Assembly (NCBI GenBank): GCA_965216735.1
Contig: OZ244198.1
Coordinates: 39,649 to 103,648, forward strand
Reading direction: 5' to 3'
From: Arenicellales bacterium
GTDB taxonomy: Bacteria; Pseudomonadota; Gammaproteobacteria; Arenicellales; CBDCFT01
Length of the DNA stretch: 64,000 bases
Shown piece after piece: positions 57,321 through 64,000 of the stretch. Made by a program: the position numbers and the translations under genes. Numbering within the stretch: position 1 is the stretch's first letter; every line of letters begins with the position of its first letter. The notes beneath the pieces are model-generated. The model was not told the origin of the DNA. It was given only the letters and a program-made list of their open reading frames with translations, and did no database searches.

Positions 57321-58208
57321 ATGAAAAAACTGGCGTGGGAACTCAAACAACTGACGAAGCGTAATCGCGATGGCGCTTTTGCGACCCAGAAAGCGCGACA
57401 GCAACACCTGGATCTATTCGCCCGTCAATTGGAGGCCATGGGTTACAAAAGTATGGGTAGTCACTCATTGCGACAAAAACACGTCGATGCTCTGATTGAG
57501 CGATGGAAGCGTGAAGCATCGTCTCGAACGGGGGAGAAGCTCACCTCCGCGACCATTGCCAATCGTCTTATTGCCCTGCGCTGGTGGGCGGACAAGATCG
57601 GTAAACCGGGTGTGGTCAAGCCCAAGAACAGAGACTACGGTATATATAAGGAGTACGAACGTTTTACCGAAAATAAGGCAAAAGAACTACTGCCCGAACA
57701 CTTAGCGCGTATTCGTGACCCCTATATCCGTTTAAGCCTACAGTTACAGCGCTACTTTGGTTTAAGGCGTGAGGAGGCGATGAAGATTCAACCCAAACTC
57801 GCCGATCAAGGTGATTGTCTGTACCTCAAAGCCAGTTGGACCAAGGGCGGACGCCAACGTACTGTTCCCATATCCAATCAGAGACAAAGGGAATTACTCG
57901 ATGAAGCGAAACAACTAGCTAAAGGCGGATCATTGATACCACCCCATCTTCTATACAAACAACATCTAAAACGCTTCGAGCATCAAACCCATGCAGCGGG
58001 TATGGGCCAAAGCCACGGATTAAGACATCGGTTCGCACAAGAGACTTATGCACAGTTAACGGGATGGCAATCCCCAGCAGCGGGTGGACCTAAACGCAAA
58101 GCATTATCGCAAGAGCAACAACAGGTTGATCTTAAGGCACGCCAACAACTCACCACATGGATGGGTCATGGCCGTATCCGTGTATTGAATGCCTATATCG
58201 GAAGGTAG
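57321..58208 (+). CDS. Tyrosine-recombinase-fold protein (atypical short integrase-domain family)
   Basis: Candidate catalytic residues GLRREEAMK (Arg), HGLRHRFAQ (His-x-x-Arg) and GHGRIRVLNAYIG (Tyr). Confidence 0.65.
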   Translation: MKKLAWELKQLTKRNRDGAFATQKARQQHLDLFARQLEAMGYKSMGSHSLRQKHVDALIERWKREASSRTGEKLTSATIANRLIALRWWADKIGKPGVVKPKNRDYGIYKEYERFTENKAKELLPEHLARIRDPYIRLSLQLQRYFGLRREEAMKIQPKLADQGDCLYLKASWTKGGRQRTVPISNQRQRELLDEAKQLAKGGSLIPPHLLYKQHLKRFEHQTHAAGMGQSHGLRHRFAQETYAQLTGWQSPAAGGPKRKALSQEQQQVDLKARQQLTTWMGHGRIRVLNAYIGR

Positions 58209-58286
58209 TGATAGTAAAACTTCAATATTTATGGAGAACCTTCTTGTGAATGCACAACGGCTAGTCAATGAGAAGATAAGAGCTCA

Positions 58287-58676
58287 GTGACACGCCAACC
58301 ACACGGTAATGAAAGTAGCAACGCGGTAGCTGTTACTACCGTATTGCCACGGCTATTGCGTTTTCGGGATGCCCCGCTGTACTTGGGTATGGACCGAAAC
58401 CGATTTAACCAAGAAGTCAGGCCCTATGTGACCGAGATACCGATTGGCACACAGGGTGTTGCCTTCGACCGACTTGATTTGGACGCCTGGGTGGATCAGT
58501 ATAAACACTGCAACGGGCGTCCCGGTCAACTCATAGGAGAAAGACCATGGGACGTAAAAGAACGCCGGGCCTATACAAACGTAAAGGCACCTGGCATATC
58601 GACAAAAATATCTACGGGCGGCGAGTTTGCCAAAGCACTGGCACTGATCGACTTGAAGAAGCGGAACGTTTCTTAG
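58287..58676 (+). CDS. AlpA/excisionase-like small DNA-binding protein
   Basis: LLRFRDAPLYLGMDRNRFNQEVRPYV...GVAFDRLDLDAWVD resembles AlpA/Xis-type wHTH proteins found upstream of island integrases. The ORF overlaps int by 130 nt, so the 3' end is uncertain. Confidence 0.55.
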   Translation: MTRQPHGNESSNAVAVTTVLPRLLRFRDAPLYLGMDRNRFNQEVRPYVTEIPIGTQGVAFDRLDLDAWVDQYKHCNGRPGQLIGERPWDVKERRAYTNVKAPGISTKISTGGEFAKALALIDLKKRNVS

Positions 58677-59629
58677 CCCGTTTGGTAGAAGGTTCACGCC
58701 AAGCAACTATATACGGCGTAAGACCAAAATGGACGTTCGAACAGGCGGCCGCGAGATTTGTGCACGAGAATCAGCACAAACGTAGTCTGAATGCAGATGT
58801 TTACAGACTACAAAATCTATTGCCCTGGATAGGCACGTTGCCACTGGAGAGTGTTCATAGTGGAACGTTGCAGCCTTGGCTTGAGCATCGACGGAGTGAA
58901 GGTGTTAAAGCTGCAACGATCAATCATGGATTGAAAATAGTGAGACGCATCTTGAATCTCGCCGCAACCGAGTGGATAGATGAACAAGGACTAACGTGGA
59001 TAGCATTTGCACCAAAGATACGACTCTTAGTAGTCAGGGACCAGCGCCAGCCTTACCCACTATCGTGGGAAGAGCAGGATCGTCTGTTTCACGAACTGCC
59101 AAGGTATTTGGCGGACATGGCCTTGTTTGCCGTCAATACCGGTTGTCGTGATCGTGAAATCTGTGGATTGCGTTGGGAATGGGAAGTCAAAATCCCCGAA
59201 CTCACCACGTCCATGTTCATCATTCCGGGTAAAGTGGTTAAGAACGGAGATGAGCGATTGGTGGTTTTGAATCGTGTTGCACGTTCGGTCGTCGAGGGTT
59301 GTCGAAATCAACACCCGACACATGTATTTAGTTGTAAAGGACGGCCCTTGGTACGAATGCTCAGCAATGGATGGCGGGCTGCAAGAGCGCGAGCCGGATT
59401 ACCACAGGTTCGTGTACATGATTTGAAACATACCTTTGGACGACGCCTTCGTTCGGCAGGTGTGAGTTTCGAAGACCGCCAAGATTTGTTAGGACATCGA
59501 TCAGGGAGAATGACGACACACTATTCGGCTGCTGAGCTTTCGAATCTGATTGATGCAGCGAATCGTGTGTGTGAGCGTGATAACGGGCGACCACAATTGG
59601 TCGTTTTGCGAAGACTTTCAGTGGCTTAG
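58547..59629 (+). CDS. int: Tyrosine-type site-specific integrase (P4-like island integrase)
   Basis: PGLYKRKGTWHIDK N-terminus. Catalytic motifs TGCRDREICGLRW, VHDLKHTFGRRL and LLGHRSGRMTTHY. Confidence 0.9.
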   Translation: MGRKRTPGLYKRKGTWHIDKNIYGRRVCQSTGTDRLEEAERFLARLVEGSRQATIYGVRPKWTFEQAAARFVHENQHKRSLNADVYRLQNLLPWIGTLPLESVHSGTLQPWLEHRRSEGVKAATINHGLKIVRRILNLAATEWIDEQGLTWIAFAPKIRLLVVRDQRQPYPLSWEEQDRLFHELPRYLADMALFAVNTGCRDREICGLRWEWEVKIPELTTSMFIIPGKVVKNGDERLVVLNRVARSVVEGCRNQHPTHVFSCKGRPLVRMLSNGWRAARARAGLPQVRVHDLKHTFGRRLRSAGVSFEDRQDLLGHRSGRMTTHYSAAELSNLIDAANRVCERDNGRPQLVVLRRLSVA

Positions 59630-59701
59630 CCGCTAGGTCCCGCAAAATCCCCGCGCGCGCTAGTAGGATAAAAGGTCGAAGGGCGCTAAGTGATTGATGT
59701 A

Positions 59702-60985
59702 TTACCCGATAGATAGGTAACACATTATACCGGAGACATAGGTTACACAATGACGGCATTTGGGGGACCCCAAATGCCGTGGAAAGAGAGTAACCTGATG
59801 GACGAAAGAATTAAGTTTGTTGGCCGCTTGCTAGATGGCGAGAAAATGGCCGTGGTGTGCCGTGAATTCGGAATCTCCCGTAAGACCGGCTACAAGATCT
59901 TTAATCGCTATAAACAATGGGGTCTTGAAGGGCTTGCTGATCAGAGTCGGCGACCCTATCGGCACGGTAACCAGATTCCCTTTCAGATCGAACGGTCCAT
60001 TGTTCGGATCAAGAAAGAACGCCCCAGCTGGGGGGCACCGAAGATTCGCGAGAAGCTGATCAGGCTGTATCCGATGATCAAGCCCCCTGCCAAGAGTACC
60101 GTACACGCCGTGCTGGATCGTCATGGTTTGGTGAAACGCCGCAAACGCAGGCGCTATCGGGCACAAGGCACACCTCTCCACAACGTCAAACGCCCCAATG
60201 CCCTATGGTGTGCCGACTATAAAGGGGAGTTTCGTCTGGGTAATCGGCAGTATTGCTATCCACTCACGATTACCGATTATCACTCCCGCTACCTGCTTGC
60301 CTGTGAAGGGCAATCTTCAACCAAAGAGCGATTCGCCTTTACGGTCTTTGACCAGGCATTTCATGAGTATGGTCTACCTGATGCTATCCGTACCGATAAT
60401 GGTGTGCCGTTTGCCTCGCCACATGCGTTGTTTGGGCTAAGCAGACTATCGGTGTGGTGGTTACGATTGGGGATCGCCATTGAGCGGATTAAACCTGGTA
60501 ATCCACAACAAAATGGGCGACACGAACGCATGCATCTCACGCTCAAGAAAGAAGCCACCAAACCACCCGGCTATAACTTGCTACAACAGCAAAGCCGGCT
60601 AGATGACTTCCAGCAACAGTACAACCATGATCGACCGCATCAAGCCCTCAATATGAAATACCCCGGTGAAGTGTATACACCTTCCACACGAGTCTATACG
60701 CCGCCGCAGAAACCAGATTACCCTTATCATGACAAAACCGTGCGGGTCACGCAGTGTGGTCGCATTTGCATGGGTAGCCGTAAGATCAACTTGAGCGTTG
60801 TGTTTGCAGGGCAAAGCGTGGGAATCCGCGAGGTCGATGACAACATATGGCTTGTCAGCTTTATGCATTATGATCTAGGATTCTTTGATCAAAACGAGAA
60901 CAGAGTCGCGCCGGGAGACAATCCGTTCGCACTAAAAGTGTTACCTATGTCTCCGGTATAAACCGTTACCTATGTTCCCGGTCAA
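59702..60985 (+). mobile_element. IS481-family insertion sequence (ends approximate)
   Basis: Long imperfect terminal IRs (ATAGGTAACACATTATACCGGAGACATAGGTTACAC vs the reverse complement of GTGTTACCTATGTCTCCGGTATAAACCGTTACCTAT). One HTH + DDE ORF. No obvious TSD. Confidence 0.7.
59774..60961 (+). CDS. IS481-family transposase
   Basis: MPWKESNLMDERIKFVGRLLDGEKMAVVCREFGISRKTGYKIFNRY HTH, then an rve/DDE core (WCADYKGEF...IRTDNGVPF...NGRHERMH). Confidence 0.8.
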   Translation: MPWKESNLMDERIKFVGRLLDGEKMAVVCREFGISRKTGYKIFNRYKQWGLEGLADQSRRPYRHGNQIPFQIERSIVRIKKERPSWGAPKIREKLIRLYPMIKPPAKSTVHAVLDRHGLVKRRKRRRYRAQGTPLHNVKRPNALWCADYKGEFRLGNRQYCYPLTITDYHSRYLLACEGQSSTKERFAFTVFDQAFHEYGLPDAIRTDNGVPFASPHALFGLSRLSVWWLRLGIAIERIKPGNPQQNGRHERMHLTLKKEATKPPGYNLLQQQSRLDDFQQQYNHDRPHQALNMKYPGEVYTPSTRVYTPPQKPDYPYHDKTVRVTQCGRICMGSRKINLSVVFAGQSVGIREVDDNIWLVSFMHYDLGFFDQNENRVAPGDNPFALKVLPMSPV

Positions 60986-60989
60986 GACC

Positions 60990-61044
60990 CACTAAACAGT
61001 GGTGGGCCCGGTAGGACTCGAACCTACGACCAATGGATTATGAG
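60990..61044 (-). repeat. 55-bp direct repeat DR2 = tRNA(CAU) 3' fragment (61000-61044) plus 10 bp; island boundary (att)
   Basis: Base-for-base identical to 33408-33462. The integrase lies about 1.4 kb inward. The flank on the 5' side is not tRNA-like. Confidence 0.9.
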
Positions 61045-61109
61045 CCCACAGTGACGAAAAATACAATCAACTAAATCAACATATTACACACGCCGGCCCA
61101 GCGCGAATG

Positions 61110-61166
61110 TGACTTAAAGTGACTAGAGATGACTAATGATGACAGTTTTCAGTCACGTTTTGGTCA
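61110..61166. repeat. Phased TGAC repeat array
   Basis: RTGAC(T/A) occurs at 61110, 61120, 61130 and 61140, an exact 10-bp period. Two inverted copies (GTCAC) follow at 61152 and 61163. An extra GTGAC lies at 61051. Confidence 0.8.
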
Positions 61167-61206
61167 CGGTGGATACCATAAATAAGGTGCCCTGAATCGC
61201 CAGGTT

Positions 61207-62422
61207 CTAAATTTCCAATTCGAGCAAAAACGTTTCAAGAATTTGAGCAGCAATTTCGGCGTCGCCACCGGTAATCGACTCTTCTTTGTTATGGCTAATT
61301 CCTCTTAAACAACGAACAAACAGCATCCCGATAGGCGTTAAGTCCGCCATTGCGGAGGCGTCATGCGTTGCTCCCGACATTAAGTGTGGAATATCTTGAC
61401 CAATTTTCTTCGCAGCGCCTTCGAGAGTTGAGGAAAGCTTCGGATCACATTGTGCGGCATTTTGAGCATACGTTCTTTTAATATCCGTTTGGAGCTGACG
61501 TTGAGCAGCGACTTGTTGAATGTAATTTTTGATGTCGTTGCCGAGCGCCGTCCGAACTTCGTCATCACTAGAGCGTAGCTCAATTTGCAGTTGGGTTTTG
61601 CCGGGTATGGCATTTGGGGCATTTGGATTCACATTTAATTGGCCAACGACGCCTACTGCCTGTTCGGTGTCACGGCATAACCGTTCAACTTCGAGCACAA
61701 TTTCAGCCGCACCGGTTAAAGCGTCTTGCCGTAATTCCATCGGTGTCGTTCCCGCATGCCCAACTCGACCGTGTAGCGTCACAACCCAGCGTTCAATTCC
61801 GCAAATGGCGGTAACAATTCCTACGGGTGATCCCATATTTTCTAACACCGGTCCCTGTTCGATGTGCGTTTCGACATAACCTAAAATGTCATGGCGATTT
61901 CGTTTCAGATTGTTTATTTTTGCTGGTTGAAGACCGAATTCCCGCATTGCTGATTCCATGGAGATATTGTTTCGATCTTGCATTGTCAACACTGCAGAAT
62001 CAAAAGTCCCGGCTAGCGCCCTAGGCGCCGACTAACGCTGTTGGAAAGCGCACACCTTCCTCATCGGCAAATGCCAATACTTCAATAGAAAAGGGCAGTT
62101 CTATGTTCTTTAGATGCTCAAGAACGACAATCGGCAGTACCACCCCTAAAATTCCGTCGTACCTGCCACCCTGGGGAACACTGTCTTGATGCGAGCCTAA
62201 CAAAAGCGTTTTTGAAGTCTTAGTTCCTTCCCGCCGCCCAATGAGCGTGCCAGCGCTATCCAACTCAGTTTTTAGCCCGGCAGATTCCATCCAGCCACGC
62301 AGCAGTGTTAGTGCATTCCTATGTTCGTCAGTAAATGGTAAACGTGTGACGCCTGAGTTGCTCACTGAGCAATTGGCCAAAGTGCCCAATCGTCCCATGA
62401 TTTCATCACCTATTTTTAGCAA
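61207..62422 (-). pseudogene. M20 amidohydrolase (allantoate amidohydrolase / carbamoylase type) split by a frameshift
   Basis: The N-terminal part (62021-62422) ends ...PTALVGA*. The C-terminal part continues in another frame as RALAGTFDSAVLTMQDRNNI... The junction is at about 62016-62029, inside GGCGCCTAGGGCGC. Confidence 0.75.
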
Positions 62423-63072
62423 CGATACGGATCCTCAATAGTGGGCAAGCGCGCAACAAATGACGCATAGTCTTGGGATTGGGTTTTTGCAACCAATGAT
62501 TGCAAATCGTTAATTGGTGTTGCACTGTGATCTATGCGCAAATCGATGGGCGGATAATTGGGTGAGACAACTTTTATCGCTGCCGACATTAGTCCCCGTG
62601 AATCGCCGCCCGCATCTGCCGCTGCTGTCAACGCGTGCAACAGTCTCACAACCAAATCACCATTTGCGTCGATGAACTTATTCGCCATTGCATCGAGTAC
62701 ATTGTCATTCACTAACCAATTACCTGCGACCGCAATGTCCGCGTTCACAGAGTGTGCTTTAGTGTCGTGATTACTCTTTCCTGTCCAGCCAGCGGTCTGC
62801 CCTTGCGCATCGAGCACAATCAGTTGGCGGTAATCCCGGCCCGCGTCTTCATTAGTGATTTGGTCCACGACGATTTCTGGATACTCGCGAACGGCCAAAG
62901 AGGATAGTGTGAGGTTTGCCCACAGCGGGCTAACAGAGAAACCCTGAGTAGCGACCACGCCTACACCCGCCTGGGCGTGCAACACCCAAGCGCCGACGGC
63001 GAGATTTCCGGTTGCTGCTGCGCCGCCAATAGCGTTGGTTTGGGGGTCTCGCGCCAGAATAGAGAAGGTCAT
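62416..63072 (-). CDS. DUF1028 family (Ntn-hydrolase-like) protein
   Basis: MTFSILARDPQTNAIGGAAATGNLAVGAWVLHAQAGVGVVATQG is the canonical DUF1028 N-terminus (Thr2 nucleophile). Confidence 0.8.
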   Translation of the reverse strand: MTFSILARDPQTNAIGGAAATGNLAVGAWVLHAQAGVGVVATQGFSVSPLWANLTLSSLAVREYPEIVVDQITNEDAGRDYRQLIVLDAQGQTAGWTGKSNHDTKAHSVNADIAVAGNWLVNDNVLDAMANKFIDANGDLVVRLLHALTAAADAGGDSRGLMSAAIKVVSPNYPPIDLRIDHSATPINDLQSLVAKTQSQDYASFVARLPTIEDPYRC

Positions 63073-63156
63073 GTTGTTGGTTGTTCGTGTAAACGTATCA
63101 ATATAGCATTTATCATGATAAATTTAGGGTGCAAATCAAAAACAAAGGTAGGAGCC

Positions 63157-64000
63157 ATGAGAAAAATATTCGTTTCCTTCGGCCTTGTTTTGGCCGCGAT
63201 GTTAACCACCACCAATGCAATTTCGCGGACACCTGACAACGTACTAGTCGTAGGCCAAATTGCCGAGCCCAAATCGCTGGATCCAGCCACGGTAACAGCG
63301 GTAAATGATTTCCGTATTCTGATGAATATCTATGACGGCCTCGTCCGTTACAAAGATGGCACTTTGGAAGTCGAACCTTCCCTCGCGGAAAGTTGGACGA
63401 TAAGTGACGACGGATTGACCTACGAGTTCAAACTGCGTGATGGTGTAACCTTTCATGATGGAACATCTTTTAATGCGCAAGCGGTTGAATTTAATTTTGA
63501 TCGTATGCTCGATGAGAATCATCCCAATCACGACACAGGTCCGTTTCCGCTGTCATTTTTCTTTTCATCCATTGCAGACGTTGAAGCAATGGACGATCAA
63601 ACGGTTAAATTCACTTTGTCCGAACCCTATGCACCGTTTTTGTCAAATCTTGCTTACCCAACTGGACTCATCATATCTCCTGACGCGGTGAAGCAACATG
63701 GCAAGGACTTCGGCCGCAATGCGGTGGGAACGGGTCCGTTTAAATTCGCCGAATGGGAATCGAACGCCAAAGTCGTCGTTACACGTAACGATGATTATTG
63801 GGGCGGAGCACCGGCACTTGAGGCTATTGTTTTCCGGCCTATCACCGATGCCAATACCCGCGTTGCGGAAATGCTCTCCGGCGGTATCGATATCATGGTC
63901 GAGATTCCACCCGACAACGTAAGTCAATTCGATGGTAACGGGTACGTTCTGCACGAACAGGCAGGACCGCATGTCTGGTTTCTAATTCTCAACGCAAAAG
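63157..64000 (+). CDS. Family-5 (peptide/nickel, DppA-like) ABC substrate-binding protein, 3' end outside window
   Basis: Not in the ORF track because no stop lies within the window. ATG 63157 follows aggtaggag. Signal peptide MRKIFVSFGLVLAAMLTTTNA, then VVGQIAEPKSLDPA...LVRYKDG...PSLAESW...GVTFHDG motifs. Confidence 0.8.
   Translation, partial: MRKIFVSFGLVLAAMLTTTNAISRTPDNVLVVGQIAEPKSLDPATVTAVNDFRILMNIYDGLVRYKDGTLEVEPSLAESWTISDDGLTYEFKLRDGVTFHDGTSFNAQAVEFNFDRMLDENHPNHDTGPFPLSFFFSSIADVEAMDDQTVKFTLSEPYAPFLSNLAYPTGLIISPDAVKQHGKDFGRNAVGTGPFKFAEWESNAKVVVTRNDDYWGGAPALEAIVFRPITDANTRVAEMLSGGIDIMVEIPPDNVSQFDGNGYVLHEQAGPHVWFLILNAK

Overview
Moderate-GC proteobacterial chromosome segment. The gene content looks gammaproteobacterial, but that is inference only. 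All calls come from reading the ORF translations and the DNA by eye; no searches were run.

Layout:
(1) 1-24.4 kb is backbone. It holds a sugar epimerase and a GT2, a DUF2237 protein, an M48 protease, a DUF1538x2/PII-like/CBS operon, two DMT transporters, nitronate monooxygenase, a NYN protein, a small cytochrome c, typA, ycgN, photolyase, a GATase, a Nei-like glycosylase with a DnaB-C-like ATPase and an InaA-like kinase, and thiopurine methyltransferase with two trypsin-like proteases.
(2) 24.4-33.4 kb is a decayed mobile-DNA stretch. It holds an IS256 with a 9-bp TSD, an orphan repeat/SH3b protein, an IS5-like element, a LacI stub, a Tat-signal acetamidase, about 1 kb without ORFs, and an IS21 remnant.
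(3) 33,408-61,044 is a ~27.5-kb genomic island bounded by two perfect 55-bp direct repeats. Each repeat is the 3' 45 nt of a tRNA with a CAU anticodon plus 10 downstream bp. Neither copy has the tRNA 5' half. Inside the island are vapBC, IS481-type remnants, and a visibly GC-richer ~21-kb catabolic module. That module has a TMADH-like flavoprotein, a betaine-type ABC transporter, LysR, two M24 hydrolases plus an orphan Creatinase_N ORF, an M20 amidohydrolase, EutB-, EutC- and HDAC-like genes, a GMC oxidoreductase, AsnC, SSADH and an aminotransferase. After the module come a 1.6-kb ORF-free, hairpin-dense region, two tyrosine recombinases with an Xis/AlpA-like gene, and an IS481-family element wedged next to the att core.
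(4) 61.0-64 kb holds a 10-bp-phased TGAC repeat array, a frameshifted M20 hydrolase, DUF1028 and a peptide-type SBP that runs off the window.

No rRNA, intact tRNA or CRISPR array was seen.

The most interesting items are the tRNA-fragment-bounded island with signs of tandem accretion, the ectoine-like but non-canonical catabolic module, and the structured non-coding region next to the recombinase genes.
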